This document shows positions 13,169 to 24,011 of a DNA stretch of 64,000 nt, piece after piece. Each line of letters opens with the position of its first letter. Position 1 is the first letter of the stretch. This DNA is from Octopus vulgaris (Eukaryota): assembly GCA_951406725.2 (NCBI GenBank), contig OX597815.1, positions 51,770,001 to 51,834,000 of the forward strand, in the 5' to 3' direction. The notes beneath the pieces were generated by a model. That model had not been told where the DNA came from, searched no databases, and saw only the letters and a list, made by a program, of their open reading frames with translations. The position numbers and the translations under genes are program-made.

Positions 13169-13795
13169 CTAGCATGTTCTTTGTTTGTGGGTATGTGTCC
13201 TGTGCCTAGATACAGTATCTACACTGCTACCAAGTGAGCTTGTTTGTAAGCTAAGTGAGGCTATCTGTTTGGTAGTGGCTTCGAATGCTCTTGCAGTGTC
13301 TACTGCTTCTACCAACTGGAGAGCGCCCTTACCTATTAGTGATTTTTGTACTTCTTTGTGGGCACACCCCCATATTAATTGGTCTACAATTCTCTCCTCC
13401 CTGTCTTTGAATTTGCATTTCTCTGCAACATTTTTCAATCTTGACAGGAAATTGTCAATTGTTTCTTGTGGGTCTTGTTTCAGGCCCTGGAATTCGTATC
13501 TGTGAATTCTATGGTTCGACCTGGGCTCTAGGTGCCTTTCAAATTTCTCAAGAAGTGTGTCTGGGTTATTGCAGTCGGACTCTGACATATCCCAGCTATT
13601 GTATAGGTCTATTCCTTTATTACCTGACCATAAAAGGATATAGCTTACCTTTTCATCGTCAGTTGTGCCTTTCAGGAAACTTTTGAAAGCTAGTTGAGCT
13701 TTTTGTTTGAATTTTTTAAATTCTTCTACGACATCACTAGAATCCCAGTTCATAATAGGATGTAGATTCATCTGTACGGCGACGGGGGTCGCCAT
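13169..13795 (-). CDS. Gag-like ORF, 208 aa to a premature stop at the zinc knuckle
   Basis: LKQDPQETIDNFLSRLK major-homology-like motif; ATG in gccatc context just after the PBS; CCHC remnant (CPAFGTHCKGCG..NHW) follows. Confidence 0.85.
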   Translation of the reverse strand: MATPVAVQMNLHPIMNWDSSDVVEEFKKFKQKAQLAFKSFLKGTTDDEKVSYILLWSGNKGIDLYNSWDMSESDCNNPDTLLEKFERHLEPRSNHRIHRYEFQGLKQDPQETIDNFLSRLKNVAEKCKFKDREERIVDQLIWGCAHKEVQKSLIGKGALQLVEAVDTARAFEATTKQIASLSLQTSSLGSSVDTVSRHRTHTHKQRTC

Positions 13796-13905
13796 CTTGG
13801 ATCGTCGTGTTTATTGTCCTAAGACGAAGCGATGTTTTGTTTGTTAATTCCTCGTTCGTTGTGTTTGTGTTTCGTTGTAAAGGCACAGTTCCCGATTAAT
13901 TATTT

Positions 13906-13918
13906 ACCGCTGCCACCA
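13906..13918 (-). other. Primer-binding site, tRNA-Leu type
   Basis: Minus strand TGGTGGCAGCGGT directly follows the 5' LTR and is complementary to a tRNA-Leu 3' end (ACCGCUGCCACCA). Confidence 0.85.
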
Positions 13919-13968
13919 TGTTATGTGTAGTTTGGCATACGTAAACACATAGATATGAATGTGTAACA
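13919..13968 (-). repeat. 5' LTR, internally deleted (50 bp)
   Basis: Equals the other LTR minus 168 bp between two tgtagtttgg repeats. Confidence 0.92.
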
Positions 13969-14089
13969 GTCAATCTTATGTATTCCATACCGTATATTTT
14001 ATGTATATATTGTGTATCAATATTTTTATATATTGTACATTTTTTTATCTATTTAAAATTGTTTTATTTATTTTATATATCTATTTTAT

Positions 14090-17000
14090 CCAGCCTATGG
14101 CTGTGTCTTGCGCGGGACATAGAAACAATCGGACTGATTACCCGATCGCGCGGTTAAACCATTGGGGGTGAAGAACCCCTAGCCTTTGTTAGGGCATCCT
14201 TCTAGGCGAAGGCAACTCAGGTAACTGGGATAACTCCGACATTAAACATGCGGTTCAGTGGTTACCGATGATTGACTTGTTCTTCTTTTCGAGTTATAGC
14301 CGCTGTTGCTTAGTGAGTGGGATTGACTCGATGCACAGCCTTTCCTCTTCTTGCACAAGCATTGCACGATAACAACATTGATTGATTGATTAATTAATTA
14401 GCTAATTGATGATTGTTGATAGTGCTATGAGTCTCAACTGAATGGTTGGTTGTAGCCTTAAAACGCAAACAATCAAAGATGTACCAAAAACAGTATAAAA
14501 ATAAATGACTGTAAGGACTCTGGAACGACATCAGCCCGGCAGGGGCTCCAGATCTTCATAGTCTGAACCCGGCTGTCATTATGCTACTGTGATAGAACCA
14601 AACAAAATATTGAATATTGGCTGTTGGAATGTATGGACACTGCTTGACCGCGAGTCTTCAGAATGTCCTAAACGAAGGACTGCTCTTGTTGCGAAGGAGC
14701 TTCGACGCTATGATCTTGATATCGTTGCTTTATCTGAAACGAGATTAGCTGGAGATGGTCATCTTACAGAATCTTGTGGAAAATATGCATTCTTATGGAA
14801 AGGAAGAGATGAAGAGTTTAGAGGAGAGGCTGGAGTGGCAGTTGCTGTTAAGACTACTCTTGTGGACAAGTTGGAAGAATTCTCAGTCGGGATTAACGAG
14901 CGTCTTATGTCCATGAGAATTCCTTTGGTTAAAGGAAATTATGTGACCTTGGTGAGTGTGTATGCTCCAACTATGTGCTCTACTGATGACGGAAAAGTTT
15001 CTTTCTACCATGCTTTGAAGGGCATTATAAGAAACATCCCTCGGACAGACAAAGTCATCGTACTGGGTGACTTTAATGCTAGAGTGGGTAGGGATTTTAA
15101 CACGTGGACTATAACTGGAAAGCATGGGGTGGGAAAGTGTAATAGTAATGGTATACTTCTGCTGCAGATATGCGAGGTGCTGCGTCTGTGTGTTACCAAT
15201 ACCATGTTTCAACAAAAGAATAAGTTTAAGACACATGGATGCACCCTGCATCTAAAGAATGGCATATTCTGGATTACATCCTTGTTTGGGTGCGTGATAG
15301 ACGAGATGTGCAGAGTGTTCGTGTTCTTCGTGGGGTTGAGTGTTGGACTGACCACCGCCTGGTACATGCAAAAGTGAAATTAATCACAAAATGTAAAATC
15401 CGGGCTGCAGGTATTACCCTGCTTAAAAGACTGAATGTTGCTAATTTTAGGTGTAATAGTGTGAAGGGAACTTTACGAGAGGAAATGACTGTTGCAGATA
15501 TTGGCGAGAATTGGCCGATCCTTAAAAAGCCAGTTTATGATATAGGCAGGAAAATTCTGGGATTGATGCAAAGAAAGCATCAAGATTGGTTTAAAGAAAA
15601 TTATGAACATGTAGATGATTTATTGGCTGATAAAAGACATACTTTGTCACGCTATTTGTCAGCAAAGCCATAGGAGAGAGATGTGTTGCATAGGGATCTC
15701 AAGGATGTGAAATCATGTGTGAGGCGGAAGCTCTCTCAGATGAGAGATATGTGGTGGAGTAAGAAGGCTGATGGGATATAGGTAGCGTCGGATTCCAATA
15801 ACATAAAGCTGCTGCATGGTCTCTTGCGAGAAGTTTATGGACCGACTTCTCTGATGACACCACTTCGAAGCAGGGATGGTAAAGAATTTCGTGATTCATA
15901 AGGAATTCTACGAAGGTGGCCAGAACATTTTGATGAACTTTTGAATCAGCAGTCTGTAGTTATTGAGGATATTCTCAATCTCATCCCTGAATTACTTGTG
16001 AAGGCGGCTCTTGCGGAACCACCAATGTTGGAAGAAGTTGCGGTGGCTGTATCAGGGATGGATAATGGGAGGTCTCTCTGGGTATGGATGGCATACAGGC
16101 AGAGTTGTTACAGCATGGCGGTGAGAAACTTCTGCAGCAACTTCACTCCTTGTTTGGCAAAATATGGGCAAGTGAATCTGTACCTGAGGACTGGAGAGGT
16201 ACAGTAATCGTGGTCTTATATAAAGCAAAGGGCAACAGGAATGATTGCAGTAACTATAGGGGGATATCATTGCTTTCTGTCGTAGGAAAGATTTTATGCA
16301 GGGTACTTCTGGATCGTCTACTGAAACACGTTGCAGATTGTGTTCTTCCAGAAAGTCAATCTGGCTTTCGTGTTAGACCCGACACTGCTGATGTGATCTT
16401 CTCAGCTACACAGCTTCAGGAGAAGTGTATGGAACAGGGTCTGGATTTATATCAGATTTTTGTCGATCTGACAAAAGCCTTCGATACTGTTAATAGAAAT
16501 GCAATGTGGAAAGTCCTCCAGAAACTTGGTTGTCCTGAAAATTTCCTAGCTTTGGTTAGATCTTTTCATGAAGGCGTGAAGGGTAGGGCTAATGTCAGAG
16601 GTAAAATGTCAGAGCCCATCTCAATAAAAAATAGAGTGAAACAGGGGGATATTCTGGCACCGACCCTATTTGCCATATATTTCGCGATGGTTTTCTGTAT
16701 TGCGTTCAGAAATTGCAGATATGGTGTTTACATCTATTATCGAACTTCTGGCAGCATATTTAATATCAGGCGCTTTGCTACAAAAACAAAAGTACTTACC
16801 TCTATCATAAGAGACTTTTTGTATGCAGATGACTGTGATCTAGTAGCACACACAGAGACTGATATTCAACACATTTTGAATGCATTCTCCGATGCTTGTA
16901 CTGCCTTAGGATTGACGGTCAGTCTCAAGAAAACTGTTGTCATGTACCAATCTGCCCCTGGTAAACAGTATAGTGAATCAAATATCTATGTATATGGTAA

Positions 17001-18060
17001 ACGACTTGGTGTAGTTGATGAGTTTGTCTACCTGGGAAGCACTGTTAATAGATATAGTAATTTGGATAGTGAAATTCCATACAGAATTAGGAAAGCAAGT
17101 GATGCTTTCGGAAGGCTAAAAAGGCGCCTCTGGAGTCGGCGAGACATATGCAGGAAGACAAAGATAATGGTGTACAAGGCGTGTGTGCTCTCTTCTCGTC
17201 TTTATGCCTGCGAGACCTGGGTCATATATCGATACCACCTTAAAAAGCTGGAACGTTTCCATCAGATGTGTTTCAGACGGATCCATGGTATTAATTGGGA
17301 GGACCGCATCAGTGATCTTCAGATATTAGAAGGCTCTCGGTGTAAAAGTATAGAAGCTCTTGTGTTGAAGCAAAAGATCAGATGGAATGGTCATCCGGTC
17401 ACGATGAAAGATTCAAGGATGCCAAAACAACTCTTTTATGGAGAGTTAGCTAAAGGAGAACAACCGCCACATAAACCAAAAAAGAGGTATAAAGACTTGA
17501 AAGATACTAGCATCTCTCCTGACACATGGGAGGGCACAGCTATTGACCGTAGCATGTGGAGAAGGATTGTGCTTGAGGGGACAGCTACTTTTGAGAAATC
17601 TCAAGTTGCGCATGAGAAAGTAAAGAGGGATGTCAGGAAGAGCATCGCTGTTGAACTTCCAGACGATAAGAGTCTTCCTATGACGCTGACATGCAGTGTC
17701 TGTGCAAGACCCTGCTTCAGTAAAGCTGGGCTCATGAATCATCTTCGTAGTCATAAAGTGAGACCGATGATTGACTACCAGGCCGCTGGTGGTGTTGCTA
17801 CACACCATACTAATCATATCTGTCGGGCATTTGGAAAGGTGTGTGATTCAGTGGAAGGACTTAAACGACATGCGAAGGTATATAAAGCCCAATTACCATT
17901 ACAGCCGGCTATTGCCAGTAAAGGTTTTAGCTTCCAATTCTGTACAAAACATTGTAGATCTTTAGCTAGGCTAAAAAGTCACATTCAATCACAGCACCGT
18001 TAACGGTTAAGCCTCGTGCAATGGCCATACTCGATAACGAGGGGGCAGCCATCATGTATG
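14090..18060 (+). mobile_element. Near full-length RTE-clade LINE with frameshifts
   Basis: APE domain (CWNVWTL, ALSETR, SVYAPT, LGDFNARVG, TDHRL), RT domain and three C-terminal C2H2-like fingers. Confidence 0.95.
16084..18003 (+). CDS. LINE reverse transcriptase plus C-terminal zinc fingers, 639-aa open segment
   Basis: NYRGISLLS, FVDLTKAFD, VKQGD, LYADD, FVYLGS; CSVC..HLRSH finger. Confidence 0.9.
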   Translation: MDGIQAELLQHGGEKLLQQLHSLFGKIWASESVPEDWRGTVIVVLYKAKGNRNDCSNYRGISLLSVVGKILCRVLLDRLLKHVADCVLPESQSGFRVRPDTADVIFSATQLQEKCMEQGLDLYQIFVDLTKAFDTVNRNAMWKVLQKLGCPENFLALVRSFHEGVKGRANVRGKMSEPISIKNRVKQGDILAPTLFAIYFAMVFCIAFRNCRYGVYIYYRTSGSIFNIRRFATKTKVLTSIIRDFLYADDCDLVAHTETDIQHILNAFSDACTALGLTVSLKKTVVMYQSAPGKQYSESNIYVYGKRLGVVDEFVYLGSTVNRYSNLDSEIPYRIRKASDAFGRLKRRLWSRRDICRKTKIMVYKACVLSSRLYACETWVIYRYHLKKLERFHQMCFRRIHGINWEDRISDLQILEGSRCKSIEALVLKQKIRWNGHPVTMKDSRMPKQLFYGELAKGEQPPHKPKKRYKDLKDTSISPDTWEGTAIDRSMWRRIVLEGTATFEKSQVAHEKVKRDVRKSIAVELPDDKSLPMTLTCSVCARPCFSKAGLMNHLRSHKVRPMIDYQAAGGVATHHTNHICRAFGKVCDSVEGLKRHAKVYKAQLPLQPAIASKGFSFQFCTKHCRSLARLKSHIQSQHR

Positions 18061-18065
18061 AATAT

Positions 18066-19240
18066 ATAGGGTGCGGTAAATAAATTGTTGTCGAAATTAC
18101 GCAAAAATGAAAATAACACTGACATCTCGTTTTAGCAGATATATTTACCAAAATTACATAAAAATATCTTGAAATACTAAAGGGTAAATTTATTCAATAA
18201 AATCGCCACTGGCTTCAACCACAGCCTCCAGACGACTTCGGAATCTCCTGCAAATCATCTGGACGGTCTCCTTGTTTAAGTTCGTGAATGCTGACATAAT
18301 CCTTGCCTTCAGTTCATCGGTAGTGTTACAAGGAGTTTTGATGGTTTCTCGCTCAACTGTGCCCCACACATAATAATCAAGGGGTTTGCAGTCTGGAGAA
18401 TTAGATGGCCGAATGTTATGGGTGATGTGGTCGCAGAAATTGTCTGACAGCCATGACTAGGTTCTCTTACTTGTGTGGCATAGAGCAGACATAGGATCTT
18501 CCAACAGTCACACTCTTGATCCAGAGCAGCACTACCTCCTCCAGGCACTTGATGTAGGCCACCGTGTCTCAGGCCGTGTGGGAAGATGAATGGAGGTATA
18601 ACGTCGCCATCACTAGTGATCACTCTGAACACCATAATGTCGAATAGATGTTTGATTTTTATCACTCTCAGTACATGTTTTGGGGACACTGCAAGCCAAT
18701 GATTGTGCTGCGTATTCACCATCTGATCCTGGCAGAAATTTTACTCGTCTGAAAAAACAAAACAAAAAAAAAAAACGGTTGGAGGGGATGCTTGAGTTTG
18801 TTCAAAAGTTTCGTAGCGCAGACTTTACTCTTGATGGCTATGGATAAAAATTAGCCCTTTCTCATCTTGTATGAGGAATATTGAATGTCTTCATGCACTA
18901 CCTACCTGATAAGAGACTCAGACACTCCCATGTCCATGGCGTTGGACCTGATTGACTTGGAGGAATCGTTGTCAATCATAGTCTGGATCTCACCAACAAA
19001 TTCAGGTGTTCTTTTCTTATGAGAACGATCAGATTGAGTTTTCTGAGCTGCCCCACTTTCGTAATCGCCATTAGACTCATCCAGCTCTTTCCAAATCCCC
19101 TGCACTGTCCTCAGATTGACACCCAAGCAATATGAAATGTTCGTACTAGAGCTTCCAGCGCGAATGCCAAACGGTACAGCATGTCGTTTCCAAATTTGTG
19201 GCTGAGTGAATTGCGTCATAGTGTTGGTTTTCTCACAGAC
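18066..19240 (-). mobile_element. Decayed Tc1/mariner-superfamily (maT-like) transposon at the LINE tail
   Basis: Minus strand encodes SPDCKPLDYYVWG; HTH remnant in ORF 18902-19219; terminus tagggtgcggtaaata. Confidence 0.8.
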
Positions 19241-19555
19241 GAGCCTTTGGGGTAGGTTTGATTAACCTAGAAAAATCCCTTGTTGAAGAGCAGGAATATT
19301 TGGTATGCATGATAATGCTCAAGTTCTCATCCTAGGCCCTGGGGAAATCCAGCACCTTGTATAATAAATCCTTCAATATAGACAGGTAAAAGTCCACTAC
19401 AGCGAATTGGATAAACCTTGTTCTATATCTGCTAGTATTGGTTTTAAACCACATGATGACCTTTCTGGTATTTCCAGGAGAACTCAAATAACAAATCTAC
19501 CAACACTTATAATATCAGGTATTATCAAATAGTGATATTTAAACATTGCATATAT

Positions 19556-19905
19556 AGGTGTGGGTGTGGCTGTATGAAAAGCTTGCTTCCTAACCACATA
19601 GTTCTGAGTTCAGTCCTGCTGTGTGGACCTTGGGCAAGTATCATCTACTATAGCCTTGGGCCGACCAAAGCCTTGTGAGTAGATTTGGTATACAGAAACT
19701 GAAAGAAGCCCATTGTATATGTGTATGTTTATCACCCACCATTGCTTGACAACCATTGTTGGACTGTTTACATCCCCGTCACTTAGTGATATGGCGAAAG
19801 AGACCGAGAAAATAAGCACCAGGCTTTAAAAAAAAGCACTGGGGTTAATTCATTCAGCTAAAATGGTTGCAGTGTAATGACTGAAATAAAGTAAAAGATA
19901 AAAGA
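19556..19905 (+). mobile_element. tRNA-derived SINE (gtggctgtgtggtaag family)
   Basis: Homologous to 40805-41195; ends in aatgactgaaa tail. Confidence 0.8.
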
Positions 19906-20132
19906 TATAAGGTGGAAGTCAACTGGTGACTGAGTAAGACAACTTCTTCAACTCAGTGAGTCAATACAAACATTCTGAGAGTCTAACAAGTTTCCATCCA
20001 TGCATTTGTTTTGAGTGGATAAAGTGTTGCATGGCATTGAACACACTTTTCAGTGCAGTCAGCTAAAAGGCCAGTAGCACAATAAACCAACTACAACCAG
20101 GGTTTTTTTATACCAGCTTACTTTCTCCCCTG

Positions 20133-20462
20133 TGAAGGCACATAGTTCAGTGGTTAGAAATCAGGCTCACAATCATGAGGTAGTGAGTTTGATTCCTGGA
20201 CAGGGCTGTCCATTGTGTTCTTGAGCAAGACACTTTATTTCACATTCTCCAGTTCACTCAGCTGTAGAAATGAGTTTGTGATGTCACTGGTGCCAAGCTG
20301 TATTGGCCTTTGCTTTTCCTTTGGATAATACCAGTGATGTGGAAAGAGGAAGCTGGTATGCATGGGCGACTGCTGGTCCTTGCCCAGACTTGTGCCTCAG
20401 AGGGTAACTTTCTTGGTGCAATCCCATGATCAGTCAATACTGAAGGGGGTCTTTACCCTTTA
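20133..20462 (+). mobile_element. tRNA-derived SINE, second family
   Basis: A-box-like tagttcagtggttag, B-box-like gagtttgattcc, core ttgagcaagacact. Confidence 0.7.
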
Positions 20463-22731
20463 CCTTCTTCCAGAAGGAAGTTCTAATGAAAACTAGGGGT
20501 CCTTTACTCCCAGTAATCCACATGGTAATTAACCTATCGCAGGGACCTTAACAGGTGCTATTACTCCATGTCAGAGTAGACTTAGGAATAACAGTGGCTA
20601 AAAGGTGGTTCCATACTCCTTAAAATCCCAGAACACCAATACTGGATGTAGTTTAAAGTCATATCCAGGTTATAGCTTGTCAAGTTTATTCTTCCATTTA
20701 AACTGTAGTTATGTCTGTATATGTGACATGGACAGAAAATCACCTCTGTGCAGGAATGAGTGTAAGTGTGCATCATGTAATAGGCATCCATTGACCACAT
20801 AATTTTTATCATCTTTACCATCTTCCTACCATCGTTTATCAATTTCAATGTTCCTCTATCAATTTTAACTTAACTCTCCCTGTTGCTCTCTTACTCTTTC
20901 TATATGATGTAAAGTACAACTGAAGAAATAAATTAATCAGCTATTATTACACACACATACATATCATCATTTTACATTTACATCCACTTTCCATGCTGGA
21001 ATTGGTTGAATGGACTGTCACAATCTGACACCAAATAAGAACTATTTGGAGTTGTTGTACTCCTAGATAGTTCATAAGACCATGTCTCGTTCATAATTTC
21101 ATTTCTGGCATAGTTACTGTAGTTGAATGTTCTTTCTAACACCAGCCACTTTACAGAGCATATTGGGTATATTTTATCATATCAATATTTGTTTGATAGG
21201 TTATCATGTCCTTGACAAGACTAAAATATCTTTTGGACCAGATCCGCTCATTTGCCAATCACATTAAAAAGTGTACTGGGTGCATTTTATTGTGGCACCA
21301 ATCCTAATGAGGCTGCTTTGTATATTACAAGACTAAGAAGTTCTCTTCATTATTTATGATAGTTCAAGACAACAATGCCTGAAATAGTGACTAGAAGAGA
21401 AGGCAATGGACCAGGGTGAGTACAACGGAAGAAAGAATAGTAGTTGGGATGAGAAGATGGGAGAGGAGAGAGTAATGGAAGAAAGGTAATAATGGAAGAG
21501 AGATAGAGAGTGATAACAGACATGTTTGCTTGAAAAAAAAAAAACGAGAGCAAAAGATAAGAATAGAGACAGTTGATGGTAATGTTAGGATGTATAGGCT
21601 ATAAATAGATCGCTCATTATGCAAGCATTCCTGACAGGAGTGAGAGTTGGAGTGATAAGGATGGTAATAGTGGAATTGAATATGGATAGATCCAAAGACA
21701 TCCTGCATTAGATAGGCAGCATTTTACAATGAACAAGAAGAAAGGTGAAGAGGAGTTGAGTGATAAACAGATGAGAAGCATCAAAGATGCAGGGATCAGT
21801 GGATGGACACTTAATAAAATATAATGGGTGAGGGCCCCAAATATAAATATATCATACATCCTTGCTTTCATCACTACCACCATTTTAAGCAGATGTCTTG
21901 TGTGGGACATCCAGTTAGCAACTCGTTTGCTCCATCATACATCCTTAATACTGCAGTAGAGGAAGGGGTTACTGCATCCATGGCTGAATAAGATAAGTCA
22001 CTGAAATATTTCAATAAGTGGCTTTTGAGACATTGCTAGATGCTGGAGGTTGATATAGAAATGTTTGACTTTGTAAGTGACCTGCCTCATTGAAATATCA
22101 GATAATGCCTGAGTGTGCCTGGATACAGTTACAGCACTTCGGCATGCCTGCTGTAAAACTGAAAAACACAAGTTTTTTTTCCTGAAACAATGTATGATTG
22201 AATGAGTATGTGCATGCCTCCATTTTGATAGTTTATTTACTGATTTCTTTTTTCTCCATTTTCTTAGTTTACTTTTGTAAACCATATTCTTTTCACTGAA
22301 TTATTGGTGATAATGATTATCTGTTGAAACTAGAAAAAATTGTTTAAGAGAAAGTAAATTAAGTACTTTTAATTATTTTTGTAACAAAATGAACAAGTGC
22401 ACAACTGAGTTTTCATTCTATTATGATAACTTGTGAAAAGTTACAAGAAATGCCAAAAGGTGCAAACAAGACTACCCTCTTGAAGATACGTAGCTTTGTT
22501 TGTGATGATCTCTAATTTATTATTTTTTTTATTTCAAAACAAAAGGTAGGTCAGTGGTTGTCAGAATCTGTGTAACAGGCAAATTAATAGTTATGTAGTT
22601 AGGCTTCTTTATGTTAGGAGTTAGATCCTGTTGAGAGCAATTTTATCTTCCATCATTCCAGGGATCAATAAAATACAGATATTGGTACAATCTTATCACC
22701 TGTGCCCACCTTCAAGACGTGTGGGAATATA

Positions 22732-23191
22732 GGCATAACTACACAAGTGACCACCCATCAGGTTTGTTTCTTCTTAACTTTCTGAAAAATTATATTTTGA
22801 AATGAAATTTTCCACAAATACATTTCATCAGGGGTAAATTTCGATTACATCGGAATTTGTTGTGAAATTTTTTCAGAGGTAGGTGTGAGAGGAGTTTCAC
22901 ATAATTCACATGCTTCGACATAATTTCCTCATATTTTCGGAAAGTTGAGTATTTTTTTAATAAAATTTTCTGCAGATACTTTTCGGATGGCGTAGATTAC
23001 GATTATAACGCAATTTAATGTGGAAAAGAAAATATTTTACGCATCTCGACTTTATTTCCTCATATATTTTGATGATGTATGTAGATTAGTTATGTCGAAA
23101 AAATACCTCTGGGAACTATTCCATCCCTTTCCCTTTTAGAATTTAAGTGAATATCCTTTAATAAACAGAAATTTTCCAGAGATACGGCATA

Positions 23192-23233
<42 letters not shown>

Positions 23234-23528
23234 GAATTTGGCCGGAAAATTTCATTATTCATTTAACAATTTCCACAAGGGAAAAAGTTCTTTTTTTAAA
23301 ATATAATTGTAATCTACAAACAGGAAACAAAGCAAGCGTCTGTGAAGTATCTGAAACCTGTCTCACTCCCCGCAACCCGCAAAGAAATTTTTCACAACAA
23401 ATTCCGATTTAGGCGAAATCTACAACATCTGAAACGAATTAGTGGAAAATTTCTTTGAAAAATATCCATTTTTCTGGAAGTTATGAGGAAACAAAGTAGC
23501 AGGGGGTCTACAATTACGTGTTTATGCC
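22732..23528. mobile_element. Old non-autonomous DNA transposon with ~180-bp degenerate TIRs
   Basis: ggcataa...ttatgcc termini; tcggaatttgttgtgaaa is inverted as tttcacaacaaattccga. Confidence 0.7.
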
Positions 23529-23689
23529 GGAATGTGCATCTTTGGATATTATTTCAAAGTCAAACCAAATAGAAGGACTAAATATCTTGTGGCATCGATT
23601 TAATACACGGTTTTTCATTTCAACCGAGTTTGTTCCTGCGTTTTATCTTTCCAGGCGGTGATAAAATAAAATAGCTAACACGAAACGAA

Positions 23690-23807
23690 CGAGAGACATA
23701 ACGAACTGTACACATTCCAAAAACGTGGTTGTTGGACAATGACGTAAACTACCGAACATTACCGATCTATGTCACCGGAAGTTGTATTAATGCTCATCAG
23801 CGACATG
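23690..23807 (+). promoter_or_regulatory. Candidate SUGP1 promoter and first exon
   Basis: Local CpG enrichment, CRE-like TGACGTAA (23740-23747), ETS site CCGGAAGT (23775-23782), then ATG (23805-23807) directly followed by donor GTTAGT. Confidence 0.55.
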
Positions 23808-24000
23808 GTTAGTACGCTGATCTTACTGCCAGGTTGACCATTTCATTATTATTATTATATCTACTACTATAATAAATATTATTGTTGGGTTGGTGGAGTT
23901 GATTCATATCATATAGAACTTCAACTCTTTTGAAATACATATAAAACAAACTGTCCAGTTTCTTCGTTGCTCATATCTTCCTTTCCTGTTTACCTCTTAG

Positions 24001-24011
24001 GATATGTTAAC
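24001..24011 (+). other. Candidate 11-nt leader microexon
   Basis: Long pyrimidine tract tcttcctttcctgtttacctcttAG, exon gatatgttaac, donor GTGAGT. Confidence 0.55.

Larger units (their letters stand above)
10711..13968 (-). mobile_element. Gypsy/Ty3 (Mag-like) LTR retrotransposon, non-autonomous
   Basis: TG...CA termini, 5-bp TSD GTCAA (10706-10710 / 13969-13973), PBS, PPT, and gag, protease and integrase remnants. Confidence 0.95.

Noticed and set aside
14090-14250. Possible HDV-like ribozyme in the RTE 5' UTR
   Set aside because: Several hairpins are visible, but I could not assemble the nested double pseudoknot by eye; it needs a descriptor search
17446-17817. Antisense ORFs within the LINE and Gypsy elements
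   Set aside because: Shadow frames of transposon coding sequence with no motifs
21998-22320. Minus-strand 95-aa ORF behind an acceptor-like site, a possible divergent gene
   Set aside because: No recognisable homology, no clear donor and no partner exons. MAU2, the head-to-head neighbour in human, is not seen.
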